Shown here: positions 1 through 9,649 of the stretch, piece by piece
Position numbering within the stretch: the first letter of the stretch is position 1
Layout of the letters: the number at the start of each line of letters is the position of its first letter
Sequence record: NC_048779.1
Length of the DNA: 64,000 nucleotides
Direction: 5' to 3' (one strand)
Program-made: the position numbers and the translations under genes
The notes under the pieces: model-generated
Seen by the model: only the letters and a program-made list of their open reading frames with translations
Database searches by the model: none
What the model was told of the DNA's origin: nothing

Positions 1-1166
1 GCTCTGTCGACAGTTTTGACAATTTCAGTACGGTTTGCGATGATGTAGTTGAACAAATCGAACATATCATTCACAACAATTCGTTGCGCTGCAAAGCGCT
101 TGATTGAACTCTCATCCATGTATTCATAGATGCTTTGAAAATGGTCTTTCATTTGTCGTAATATGTTATCCGCACCGCCTCGAGAGGACATGGATGACAT
201 ACCGATAATCAAACGCCAGAACATTCGGTCATCTAGTCGATCGAGATCAACTAGCGTGGAACCGCAATCAAACAAGAATATTAAACTTGCTACGTATTGT
301 AATGCTACGGTAGGAATTTCTTTCCGTTTGCGATTGACTGGACGAACCGCAATCGCAAAGGAATTGTAAATAGAGTTCTTCGTTAACTGTCTTTCCGAAC
401 GACGACCACTATTTGCGTAGATTTCCCAGCCTTCACTTTCAGGGTAGGTGTCACTAATGACGTCACTATCCCCTACGGCGATTTCGCATTCACCATATTT
501 TTTCATTGTCTCAGTTACACCGTATTCCGCGAACATGTACCAAGCTAATAAAGGCTCAGGTACTTTCTTCGGATTTACGCGCCATGCTTCTTTTGGTGTG
601 TAGAAGCGGTTTGCAGGTAAGTTTAACTGCATAGGCACGATACGGTTGCCATTAGGTGCAGGGAACACTCGGACGAATCCGATATTCTCTGTTCCTATTT
701 TGAACTTGTAACCTAGGATTCTTACAAAGATTTGTTCATCTTTGGTAACACTTAGACCTCGGTCTGCTAAAACGATTTGCAATGAGCATAAAGAGTCTCT
801 GATGTAGATGTCTCCGTACTCGTCTGTAAAAGGCAACATGACGTAGATGTTAGGGAATACACGTTCTATGCCTTGGTTGTCGGTATAGGAAATGTCTAGC
901 CTAGTCGGATATAAAGATTCTTTATTGGTCTCAAAGGTTTTGTTCTGAGTCGTTTCGCTGATGACCTTGAACATCTCATCAGGGCGCACGGGTTTTAATC
1001 CGTGGAATTTCACCCCTTTCGATTCTAACGACTTTAGGATCATGCGTAATTGCCGTTCATACCATTTTTCGATATCTTCGAACTGACGTGCATGGAATCC
1101 TTTGGTTAACTCCGTATTAAAACGGGGCATGGTATCGTCGATAGCATCTAGTAACCTCGGGTCCAT
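1..1166 (-). CDS. rpoB: nvRNAP beta subunit, N-terminal part (phiKZ gp123-like), partial; runs off the left edge
   Basis: Not in the ORF track because it has no stop in the window. Manual translation from ATG at 1166 (SD GAGGA upstream) gives MDPRLLDAIDDTMPRFNTELTKGF...VMLPFTDEYGDIYIRDSLCSLQIVLADRGLSV..., open to position 3. Its position two genes downstream of the major capsid matches phiKZ gp120-gp123 synteny. Confidence 0.75.
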   Translation of the reverse strand, partial: MDPRLLDAIDDTMPRFNTELTKGFHARQFEDIEKWYERQLRMILKSLESKGVKFHGLKPVRPDEMFKVISETTQNKTFETNKESLYPTRLDISYTDNQGIERVFPNIYVMLPFTDEYGDIYIRDSLCSLQIVLADRGLSVTKDEQIFVRILGYKFKIGTENIGFVRVFPAPNGNRIVPMQLNLPANRFYTPKEAWRVNPKKVPEPLLAWYMFAEYGVTETMKKYGECEIAVGDSDVISDTYPESEGWEIYANSGRRSERQLTKNSIYNSFAIAVRPVNRKRKEIPTVALQYVASLIFLFDCGSTLVDLDRLDDRMFWRLIIGMSSMSSRGGADNILRQMKDHFQSIYEYMDESSIKRFAAQRIVVNDMFDLFNYIIANRTEIVKTVDR

Positions 1167-1209
1167 TTGTGTTTCCTCTTATTATTGTTGAGGTCACACA
1201 TGGATAAGA

Positions 1210-2280
1210 TTACAGAATCGCCATTAATAACTTAGGTCCTAGGACTTGGGTTAATTTGACTTCCAACAAATGCGCGATTATCGTAAAGGGTACTTTGATG
1301 ATTGATTCCAACAATTTACTCCATAACGATGTTTGTTCGTGCTTTATCTGTTGTTTGCTGTTAGCATCCTTAAGCTTACCATGTGCTTCCCTCAGATTAA
1401 GGGTTTCCTTCTGTGATGCCTTCAACTCTTTTTGCAGTTGGGACACCATAGATAAGGCTTGCTGTAAAGATTTACTATTTATGGATTCTAATGCGTCGGA
1501 AGAAGACAAATAAAAATTGTTTTCTTCAAGTACTTTAAAGAACTTATCCCGGTCTTTAAAAGAATCAGGGAGTTCTATAAACGACTCTTTCTTCCCAAGG
1601 GGAGAAACGACTATCATTTTAATTCCATCTTCTATACTCGGGTCCTGCTTAGGGACGAGTTTCAACACCCTACCATTCACGGGCGTATAAATCGTCGCTT
1701 CGGGATTGGAGTTGTTGTAATACTCGTAGATGACTTGTGTCGGAGAACGACTGTCTATCCGATTACCATTTTCGTCCGTTGTCACTGGACCGTAGTAAGG
1801 GGACGGACTTTTATGGAAGTCCTCTGGAACATCTAAGAAAGGATAAACGGAAATACCTAAAAGCCGAGAGTGGATCCCACCATCGCTTCCTATGTATTCC
1901 CCTAAGTTGGCTCGACCAACACCGATAACGAATCTTCCGTTAATTTGCCCGCCATACGCGATGAGTTCTTCTTCCGATTTATTACGGTAGTACTCTCTGA
2001 TCTTAGACATAATGTAAACATCCAAGGGAGTTTCTGGCTCGTAAAAAGAAGGGCGGTTTTCAAAGTTAAAAGAAAACGTTACTTCGAACTCTACGCAACA
2101 CCGTTCGTCTTCAACTATAGTCAAAGGTTTGCTGATCGTGTTATACGGTCCGCGTTTGACATAGACATTACTCGTCGTATAGTTAACGACTTCGATGTTG
2201 AGATATTCACGATGTGGCGCACGGTGATTGTTATAAAGGTGCGGTCTTTCCACGTAGTTAGAAGGAATCTTTACAGACAT
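1210..2280 (-). CDS. Hypothetical protein with C-terminal coiled coil and amphipathic helix
   Basis: ORF track gives 1210..2313. The likelier start is ATG 2280 (MSVKIPSNY) because GAGGA lies just upstream. Preceded by an early-type promoter motif. Confidence 0.75.
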   Translation of the reverse strand: MSVKIPSNYVERPHLYNNHRAPHREYLNIEVVNYTTSNVYVKRGPYNTISKPLTIVEDERCCVEFEVTFSFNFENRPSFYEPETPLDVYIMSKIREYYRNKSEEELIAYGGQINGRFVIGVGRANLGEYIGSDGGIHSRLLGISVYPFLDVPEDFHKSPSPYYGPVTTDENGNRIDSRSPTQVIYEYYNNSNPEATIYTPVNGRVLKLVPKQDPSIEDGIKMIVVSPLGKKESFIELPDSFKDRDKFFKVLEENNFYLSSSDALESINSKSLQQALSMVSQLQKELKASQKETLNLREAHGKLKDANSKQQIKHEQTSLWSKLLESIIKVPFTIIAHLLEVKLTQVLGPKLLMAIL

Positions 2281-2359
2281 AATATATTTCCTCATGAGGT
2301 TAATGTACTTCAAACTTAATTAAGTAATTTAAAACGATACATCGTCATGCATCACAAAG

Positions 2360-2376
2360 ATAATATAGATTTGTAA
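2360..2376 (-). promoter_or_regulatory. Putative early (virion RNAP) promoter TTACA-AATCT-ATATTAT
   Basis: One of six similar motifs upstream of minus-strand genes; resembles the phiKZ early TATTAC element. Confidence 0.55.
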
Positions 2377-2398
2377 AAATTTAGCAAAAAAACAGTAA

Positions 2399-2430
2399 CT
2401 ACCTCTCCTGCTTTCGGGCAGGAGAGGTAG
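2399..2430 (-). terminator. Intrinsic terminator after the major capsid gene
   Basis: 13-bp perfect stem ctacctctcctgc/gcaggagaggtag, followed on the minus strand by a T run (A run at about 2386-2392). Confidence 0.85.
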
Positions 2431-2463
2431 CTGATTTTGTTAACTTATGTTAACGACGAAAGA

Positions 2464-4659
2464 CTATGGTAGTTTACCAGCGTTTTCGTCTACGCTTGCG
2501 CCAGAAGTACCGCCCGCTTCAGGGAACTCAGCAGCGTTAGTAACTTTAACGCGTTGTTGAGATAGGTAACGGATAAGACCTTCTTCGCTAACCGCATGTT
2601 TAGCATCTTCGATCTCTAGTACGCCAACGATTGGACATACAGAGTGGTGTTTGTATGCAGGTTGAGTGATCACGATACCGAAGTCCGCGTTGTTACGAGT
2701 TAGGTTCGCTTGGATCACTTGGTGTTCTTTAGACACCATCACACCCATACCACCGATCACGTCGATGTTAGAATCTTTAGTTTCAGATTCTGGGAAGATG
2801 TAGAACTTACCAATCATGTCGTCTAGGTTAGACTCGATCGCTTGGAACGAGATACCAGCACCGATAGTACGCGCATCACCTTGACGGATCATGTAACGTG
2901 CTAGGTTTTGGTGACCAACGATTACCCACTTCTTGTCGATACGACGGTACTCAGAGATAGCCGCTAGACCAGACACAGTGCTTAGTGCAGCACAAAGTTC
3001 TGTGATGTTCATAGTTAGCGTTTTCTCTACAGCTTCTAGAACTGTAGTAGAGTCAAGCGCCGATACTGCTTCAGACAGCTTCATCGTACGATGTAGGTAA
3101 GAAGCGTTAACGAAGTGCATGCCTGCCATTACAGATGCAGACTGTTCGTTACCCACGATTGCGTGACCGTGTAGAGATGCTACGCGTGCAATGTGACCTT
3201 CAGCAGCTTGGTAAGCTTTAGCGGTAGTTTGCGCTTGTAGGATAGTGTTCATCTCTTCGATAGCGAAGCTTAGAGACTGCTCGTTCACGTCGTTCTTATC
3301 AACTGGGTATTTCACAGAGATAGGAGTTTCACGGCGAACGTTCATCACTTTGTGTGCATCGAACACTTCAACGCGGTAACCGAAGTTAGTACGGTTAACG
3401 TTGTTGTGGTTGTAAGAAGGCAACCAACCGATTACTTGACCGTTAGTGTATTTAGCGAACAGAGCTTTTGCTGCTGTAGACTTAGTGCCACGGTTGTGCT
3501 TAACGCCGTCAAGTTCGATGTAATCGATGTTTAGATCAGACACGCTAGTCTGAACTGTGTTTTGTTGACGTTGGTAAGTACCACCTAGAGTGAAGCTGAA
3601 GTACGCTTTAGCGCCGCCTGCTTGCACTGGATCAAAGATAGTTGTTTCGCCACCGTCTTTGTTTTGGAACGCTTTCACAGGAAGACCACGTACTACCATG
3701 TTTAGTAGACGATCGTCAGAGCTGTGACCGTTAGACGTTACACCGAAAGAAGAGTTAGTGAAGTTGTTAGTAGGTACTACAAGAACTTCATCTTTACCAT
3801 CAACAGTAACTTTCAGAAGAACTTTCTGTACTGTGATTGAGTTTGCTTCGATTTCGTCAGTTGAATGATCGAACGGAGTTTGTCCCGGGGTTTCAGCTAG
3901 ACCAAGAAGGTTAGTGATTGTCTTACCAGTACGTAGGTACGAAGTTAGGTGATTCGTACGACGTAGTGCGTCTGCGTTTGAGTAAGACTTTTCCCAAGGT
4001 GTGAAGTCTGCTTCGTCAACGAACAGTGGACGAGCTGGAGAATCAGAAGCCGTTGGGTAAACCGGAGTTAGCTCTAGTGTGTCGTCTAGGAAGTACTTAG
4101 ACTGACGTAGTAGGCTAGTTACTGGTTGTAGTTGAGACGCTGAATCGAATGCAGAAGCACCGTAGATGTAGCGACCTAGACCAGATGTACGAACTGTGTA
4201 CTCAAGTTGCTCTGTTTCGTAAGGAACAGTCACAGTCTTGAACATCGCTTCTGCTGCGTCAGTTTGACGGTGCGCTAGTGCGTTCAGTGTGATAGATGCT
4301 GCTTTACCTTCTACAGAGTGACCCGGAGACTGAGCCCAAGAGAAACCTTCAAGACCAGCTACGCGCTCTTCTTCACGGATCAGAGATTCCATGCCAGAAA
4401 CAGATTTGTTTTCTAGTGCACGTTGGATAGAGCTAACTACTGAGAATTTCTGTTCGCCAGAAAGACCTTTGATAGTTTCACCCACTGTACCGCTAGCGAA
4501 AGATTCAGAACCCATTACAGAGTCAAGAGTTTGAGAACCATCTGCGAAGCTCTCTACGCCAGATACAGATGAGAATGCGCCTGCTTCTAGGCCGTTCTTA
4601 ATTGCTGTGTAAACGCTCGCTGAAGTAGGAGTCAGCTGAGCTACGATATTTCTTTTCAT
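2464..4659 (-). CDS. Major capsid protein (phiKZ gp120-like)
   Basis: 731 aa with strongly biased codon use and a strong terminator. The N-terminal propeptide has repeated G-x-E sites (NGLE25, SGVE37, SGME91, AGLE104). Lies between the DnaB-like gene and the RNAP beta gene, as in phiKZ gp118-gp120-gp123. Confidence 0.85.
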   Translation of the reverse strand: MKRNIVAQLTPTSASVYTAIKNGLEAGAFSSVSGVESFADGSQTLDSVMGSESFASGTVGETIKGLSGEQKFSVVSSIQRALENKSVSGMESLIREEERVAGLEGFSWAQSPGHSVEGKAASITLNALAHRQTDAAEAMFKTVTVPYETEQLEYTVRTSGLGRYIYGASAFDSASQLQPVTSLLRQSKYFLDDTLELTPVYPTASDSPARPLFVDEADFTPWEKSYSNADALRRTNHLTSYLRTGKTITNLLGLAETPGQTPFDHSTDEIEANSITVQKVLLKVTVDGKDEVLVVPTNNFTNSSFGVTSNGHSSDDRLLNMVVRGLPVKAFQNKDGGETTIFDPVQAGGAKAYFSFTLGGTYQRQQNTVQTSVSDLNIDYIELDGVKHNRGTKSTAAKALFAKYTNGQVIGWLPSYNHNNVNRTNFGYRVEVFDAHKVMNVRRETPISVKYPVDKNDVNEQSLSFAIEEMNTILQAQTTAKAYQAAEGHIARVASLHGHAIVGNEQSASVMAGMHFVNASYLHRTMKLSEAVSALDSTTVLEAVEKTLTMNITELCAALSTVSGLAAISEYRRIDKKWVIVGHQNLARYMIRQGDARTIGAGISFQAIESNLDDMIGKFYIFPESETKDSNIDVIGGMGVMVSKEHQVIQANLTRNNADFGIVITQPAYKHHSVCPIVGVLEIEDAKHAVSEEGLIRYLSQQRVKVTNAAEFPEAGGTSGASVDENAGKLP

Positions 4660-4758
4660 TACTCTTTTCCTTTATCGAAAAAATGTATTTTATTTTAAGG
4701 ATAAAACATAAACAAATATTTGTTTGTGCTTTTGTTGCACATAGAATGTTACAACATA

Positions 4759-5331
4759 CTAAACTAGCGCCTTGTAGACTTTGGCTAAATTGAACTCTCC
4801 GTCTATCAATTCACGACAACACTCTTTATGATGAAGGTAAGTGTAACCGTGAATTTGATAAAGCGCTTTCAACATCGCTTCAGAAAACGTTTGCACGTGT
4901 AGCTCAGTGAACGAAGCACATAGTCCACTAATATAATTCATAGGCACTTCATTGCCCGAGAGTACCAACACCAAAATGTCATTAGTGTTATGTACATAGA
5001 ATTTACTGTAGTTCTTCAATTCCTTAAAGTGTTCGATCTTAGAAAGACCTTTCTGTTCAGTTTTAATTTTACTGAGCAAGATATCTTTATAGTCATCATC
5101 AAAACGTTCAAACACATTTCCGACTTCGACATCTAACTTTAAACCAGCACGATATTGAGTTAATGCTAAGTCAATAATGTCCTGCTCAGGCATTAGTTCA
5201 TGCAGGGTAGGTAATTCGAACAAACGATCAAATCCTATACCTGCTGTATCCAAACTGAGTAACTGTTGGTCGGTAACCACCCACACTTTTTGAGGTGCCG
5301 CCAGACCACTATTCACAAATTTCATATTCAA
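4759..5331 (-). CDS. Hypothetical protein (position of phiKZ gp119)
   Basis: 190 aa ORF between the capsid and helicase genes, divergent from the helicase. Confidence 0.7.
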   Translation of the reverse strand: MNMKFVNSGLAAPQKVWVVTDQQLLSLDTAGIGFDRLFELPTLHELMPEQDIIDLALTQYRAGLKLDVEVGNVFERFDDDYKDILLSKIKTEQKGLSKIEHFKELKNYSKFYVHNTNDILVLVLSGNEVPMNYISGLCASFTELHVQTFSEAMLKALYQIHGYTYLHHKECCRELIDGEFNLAKVYKALV

Positions 5332-5370
5332 CCTTTAACCTTTAAAGATATACATTAAATTGGAGCATTT

Positions 5371-6909
5371 ATGAGTCCGCTGTTACAATTAGTCAAGATA
5401 CTAACGTCTCTCTATCAAGCGAGCAAGCTGACCGACGAATCCTTGACACAAGAATTACTCGATACCTTAGCGCTCATACCTGAGGCAAAGGGTGATGTTT
5501 TCACCCAAGACAAAAAGATAGAGGTTTCAATCAGGGACACCATTAAGTGGGTTCTGGACCAGCCAAAAGACGAACCGGTCATAAAATCAAACTTAATGCA
5601 ACGTGTGCTTGATTTCTCTAAAGAAGCTCCTGAACTAAAAAGCAGTATTGAGTACGGTCTGGAAGACTATCCATCAGAAGAACGCACCCGTCAAGTTATT
5701 TACCAACACATCAAAGAAATCCGTAAAGCACGAGCGGATGAAAAGTTTGGTTTGGATTTTAAAGAAGCAATCAAAGAACCTTTCTTCGGTGATCCATCTA
5801 AGATGACCAAAGAGAAGTGGGCAGCGTTAGCTGATATGATTGAAGACCAACTTACTCAAAAGATGTTAGGGGACACCGACCCATCACTCGTGGAATCCGT
5901 TGATACCGATGACCCGGATTCTTTCACTAAGATCATCGAACGAGCTAAAGAAGAATCCTCAGCGGAAGGTGTTCTTAAATTAGGCTTACAAGGAATGAAC
6001 CGAGCGTTATGGCCGGATTGTGGTTTACGACGTGGTAAGTTTTATTTGATTAACGCACTAACGAACCGTGGTAAATCATTTGGTCTGGGTCACGTAGTGG
6101 CGTCAGTTGGTTTATACAACAAACCGATGTTGCGAGACCGTAGCCGCATTCCTACGGTACTGTTGGACTCAGCAGAAGATGCGTTGGATGTGATCATTGA
6201 ACGCATCTACAAACTCATCATGGTTAACAAGACAGGTGAGGTGGGTGACTTTGCTACTACCCCTGCTGCGGAAATCGCTAAGGTGATTATCGACGCATTC
6301 GCTGAGAATGGTTGGGTATTAAAGATCAACCGTGTTAACCCAACGGAAGATAATTACTACAACATCACGGACCGTATCCGTAAGTTAGAGATGAAAGGTC
6401 ATGAGATCATCTTCTACGCTTATGACTACTTAGCGATGGCCGACTTGAAAGGGATGACGGGTGAAACCAAAGGGGATAAGTTACAAGACTTATACCGTCG
6501 GACACGTGCCTTCATGGTAAACCGTGGTATTGCGTTTGTTACTCCACACCAGTTATCTCCAGAAGCGAAGAAGCACTTGCGTGAAGCAGATGATGAATCT
6601 GAACTTTACTTTGCTCGTGAGGTTGGTGGTAAGTCCATGACGGAGACTTCCACGAAGATTACCAACGAAGTGGATTACGAGTTTACGTTCCACGTTGCTA
6701 AACCGGGTGGAGACAAAGCTTACTTCACTTGGTCTTTAGGTAAAGCACGTGGTGGTGAGGGGTCACCGATGAGTGACCGATTTGGCATTTATGATCTGGA
6801 CCCAACTAAAGGGTTAGTGCATGACATCAATGGTAAGAACCAATGTCGACGTTCATTTAAAGTTCAACTCGATGCTGATGGTAATGAGTTTGATGATTTT
6901 GACGCATAA
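5371..6909 (+). CDS. dnaB: Replicative DnaB-like (SF4) helicase (phiKZ gp118-like)
   Basis: GKFYLINALTNRGKS (Walker A-like), VLLDSAED, IIFYAYDYL (Walker B), FVTPHQLS (motif H3) and LGKARGG (arginine-finger region). Confidence 0.85.
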   Translation: MSPLLQLVKILTSLYQASKLTDESLTQELLDTLALIPEAKGDVFTQDKKIEVSIRDTIKWVLDQPKDEPVIKSNLMQRVLDFSKEAPELKSSIEYGLEDYPSEERTRQVIYQHIKEIRKARADEKFGLDFKEAIKEPFFGDPSKMTKEKWAALADMIEDQLTQKMLGDTDPSLVESVDTDDPDSFTKIIERAKEESSAEGVLKLGLQGMNRALWPDCGLRRGKFYLINALTNRGKSFGLGHVVASVGLYNKPMLRDRSRIPTVLLDSAEDALDVIIERIYKLIMVNKTGEVGDFATTPAAEIAKVIIDAFAENGWVLKINRVNPTEDNYYNITDRIRKLEMKGHEIIFYAYDYLAMADLKGMTGETKGDKLQDLYRRTRAFMVNRGIAFVTPHQLSPEAKKHLREADDESELYFAREVGGKSMTETSTKITNEVDYEFTFHVAKPGGDKAYFTWSLGKARGGEGSPMSDRFGIYDLDPTKGLVHDINGKNQCRRSFKVQLDADGNEFDDFDA

Positions 6910-6934
6910 TAAATAAAAAAAAATAAACAAAAAG

Positions 6935-6966
6935 ATACCTTACCTCCCGTTAAGGAGGTAAGGTAT
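6935..6966. terminator. Bidirectional intrinsic terminator
   Basis: 13-bp stem ataccttacctcc/ggaggtaaggtat between convergent genes, with a long A run on the left and T-rich sequence on the right. Confidence 0.85.
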
Positions 6967-6978
6967 TATTACTGCTTT

Positions 6979-7305
6979 TTAACTTTGGATGGTGATAGGT
7001 AAATCCAAAATATCATCTTCGGTCCACAATTCATCGTCATCCAGAATACGTGGTCGATATAGTTCTTCTTTTTCATACACTAACGCGGGCCATAGTGAGG
7101 CGCACGCTGTGGTACAAAAATCTCTGGGAGAAAGATTGGTCAAGAAGTCGCCATCTTGGTCTTCATCTTCTTTCTTCACAGAGTCCAATATACCTACGGT
7201 GATTAAACCCGTAGCCGCACCTAGTAAAGTAGCTTTTGGGTCCTCAGTAACCAGTCCAGTAATGGCGGTACCGAAAACAGCACCCAAAACAGCAGGTACG
7301 TTCAA
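6979..7305 (-). CDS. Small putative membrane protein (glycine-zipper-like hairpin plus acidic tail)
   Basis: VLGAVFGTAITG and LLGAATGLITVG hydrophobic GxxxG segments; SD GGAGG upstream. Confidence 0.7.
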   Translation of the reverse strand: MNVPAVLGAVFGTAITGLVTEDPKATLLGAATGLITVGILDSVKKEDEDQDGDFLTNLSPRDFCTTACASLWPALVYEKEELYRPRILDDDELWTEDDILDLPITIQS

Positions 7306-7329
7306 ATTACCCTCCTTGTGATGATAAGG

Positions 7330-7363
7330 TTACCTTAACCAGCCCGTAAGCTGGTTAAGGTAA
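7330..7363 (-). terminator. Hairpin, probable terminator
   Basis: 14-bp perfect stem ttaccttaaccagc/gctggttaaggtaa directly after the stop at 7367. Confidence 0.65.
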
Positions 7364-7366
7364 TGG

Positions 7367-7729
7367 TTAATTAAAAGGTAGTTCGTCAGATGGTTCAGGA
7401 GGCGTTACTTCTTGCGGTAAAGAGGCTTCCATCAAATCCCAAGCTAAGTCTAGTACTACAGGTTTAACACAGTAGTGGACTTCGTAGGGCGTTAAATGGA
7501 TATGCACTCTTAGATCAGCATTTCGGTATTTGTCTCTGATATCCGGACGAGGTATAACATGCGGTCTCAAGATACGAAAGAGGTCGCTTGTTAATTGTTG
7601 TTGAAGGTTTTGATAAAGATAAGGATCTTCAAAATCTTCCAACGTGTAAGTGAGTTTATTGAGGTGTTGATATAACTCCTTAAAGAAAGGAGTCTGTAGT
7701 TCACCAACTAAGGACATGTTACCATCCAA
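7367..7729 (-). CDS. Hypothetical protein
   Basis: 120 aa ORF overlapping the upstream stop by 11 nt. Confidence 0.65.
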   Translation of the reverse strand: MDGNMSLVGELQTPFFKELYQHLNKLTYTLEDFEDPYLYQNLQQQLTSDLFRILRPHVIPRPDIRDKYRNADLRVHIHLTPYEVHYCVKPVVLDLAWDLMEASLPQEVTPPEPSDELPFN

Positions 7730-9581
7730 TAAAGGTCACAGGTGATAAAGCTAGGTACAGTGCTTCTGCAATAGATTGTCCTAGTGTCGGGAAACTTTCT
7801 ATTTGCATTGTACCGTTCTCAGCGACTAAAGTTTTGTAAGTTGTTTTGATCTCTTCGGTCAACCCAAGTGTATCTTGGGATTTAGGAAGTAAGACTAAAC
7901 AACGAATAACCGTATCAATGGAGATTGGACGAGTGTTAAAGTACTCTCTTAACACATTATCCAAATCACCACCTTGGTATTTAAGCTTATCACTTAAACG
8001 CTCCAAGGTATACTTCACTACTTTAATTTCATCACTCACACTTTCCAATTTAATTTGGGGTTGTGTCTCAGCTAGATCTTCGGTTGGTAGAAAAACCTGC
8101 TCCGATGGAGCATTATCAAAGGTCGGGATATCGATCACGTTAGAGTCATCGAAAACCCCTTCCAAGTTAATCTGGTTTTCTAATGCCAATAGAGAAAGAA
8201 GATAGACTTCATCTTTTGCATGTTCAATCACCGTTTGAATTTCTTCAGAAGTAAACTGACGATCTTCAAATAAGAAAGGCGTTGAACCGGCAATGAGTTC
8301 CTCTGCTTGTAAACGCGACTTAACCATCAGTTTAGCAAGAGGTGTGTCTTCTTTTGCTTTCTCTTCCGCTTGATTCTTTATTTCTAACTTGGTACGAATA
8401 CCATGCCAAGCAGTTACACCTTCTAACTCACCGCCAAATGTACCGTAGTATTTTTGGAGCAGAGGTCGGATATAAGCATCTAACTTAATCATATCTTCCA
8501 GCTCATAGTGGGTGACAACGTACTCTGGTTCACGAGTATGAAAGTCAGAATAAAGTCTTGATAACAGTCTTGCTTCTTTACGAGTGAACTTTTCTGCCGC
8601 AACTGTGTTAAAAGCATGTTCTATGCTTTGTAGACAGAACGACGGCCCATTTGACATACCCATGCCCTCTAATGGCTGAGTGATGTTTGGAGATACACTA
8701 ACCGGTCTTACGTAGGTTTGGATTAAAGACCAAGCCTCCATGTTTGAATACTGCACACCAAAATTAGAAAGTAACTTTTGGTAATTTTGCGGTTCTAGGA
8801 GGATAGGTTCTTTAGGTATTTCGCCAAGCAATAATAAGTTGGTTAAACTAATCAACTTAGGTTCGTACTTAACCCCACTTAATTTACCTAGGTGTTTTAG
8901 AACCAATTCGTACAACGGTGTTGGATCCCCCAAATCCAAAGCACGAGTCCCAAATGAAATTGGAGTGCTTATTAAGTTCGTGACCCTCATTCCAAATTCA
9001 ACTAATTGGGTGGCTTGACTGGAACCATAGTGCCCTGATGTTTGATTGAGATGATTAGTGAGGTCAAGTGCTGTAATTTTCTTCACGTCAAATGATAAAC
9101 CGGCAACACCGGGTGAGAAGGTATTTCGGAAGTTTTCTCCTAACCCAATGGATGAACACGCATACTCAAAATTAGAGTAGATGTTAGTTGGTAAGGTTTT
9201 GTTAGTTGTCTCACCTAACACCAGCCAATTCATAAAGGTTTCTGATACCGACTCTGGCGTTTGAGTTAAAGCGGATAAAGTACGAACGCACTTGGTGTAG
9301 TAAGTCTCACCAAAAGCAACTGGGGCCGACATGATGTTGTGGTTGAAATTTCTATTGAAGAAACCGGTGCTGTTTTGCAACAAGTTAAGCATGTCATGCA
9401 TTTGCAACCCTAAAGATACAGTGTATTTACAGAGATTCTTTAAGATCTCATTTCTATGCTTAAGGATCTGTAGTGCTAGACTAGGACAAATCTTAGACAT
9501 GCAGTCTTTTACATTAGTCTCAGGAAGTTCGAATGTAAGGTTGATGCCAGTTTCAGCTAATAGTTTGTTAACGTTTTTCAT
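7719..9581 (-). CDS. Hypothetical protein (620 aa)
   Basis: Long ORF with SD AAGGA and an early-type promoter; no motif recognised. Confidence 0.8.
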   Translation of the reverse strand: MKNVNKLLAETGINLTFELPETNVKDCMSKICPSLALQILKHRNEILKNLCKYTVSLGLQMHDMLNLLQNSTGFFNRNFNHNIMSAPVAFGETYYTKCVRTLSALTQTPESVSETFMNWLVLGETTNKTLPTNIYSNFEYACSSIGLGENFRNTFSPGVAGLSFDVKKITALDLTNHLNQTSGHYGSSQATQLVEFGMRVTNLISTPISFGTRALDLGDPTPLYELVLKHLGKLSGVKYEPKLISLTNLLLLGEIPKEPILLEPQNYQKLLSNFGVQYSNMEAWSLIQTYVRPVSVSPNITQPLEGMGMSNGPSFCLQSIEHAFNTVAAEKFTRKEARLLSRLYSDFHTREPEYVVTHYELEDMIKLDAYIRPLLQKYYGTFGGELEGVTAWHGIRTKLEIKNQAEEKAKEDTPLAKLMVKSRLQAEELIAGSTPFLFEDRQFTSEEIQTVIEHAKDEVYLLSLLALENQINLEGVFDDSNVIDIPTFDNAPSEQVFLPTEDLAETQPQIKLESVSDEIKVVKYTLERLSDKLKYQGGDLDNVLREYFNTRPISIDTVIRCLVLLPKSQDTLGLTEEIKTTYKTLVAENGTMQIESFPTLGQSIAEALYLALSPVTFIGW

Positions 9582-9627
9582 GGTATTTCCTTTTTAAAGG
9601 TTTCATTAAGGTGGAGTTCACACCCAA

Positions 9628-9644
9628 GTAATATGGGTGTGAAA
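9628..9644 (-). promoter_or_regulatory. Putative early promoter TTTCA-CACCC-ATATTAC within a 10-bp inverted repeat (9617-9643)
   Basis: Matches the recurrent motif; on the minus strand TATTACT forms the hairpin loop. May also act as a terminator. Confidence 0.55.
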
Positions 9645-9649
9645 TATTT

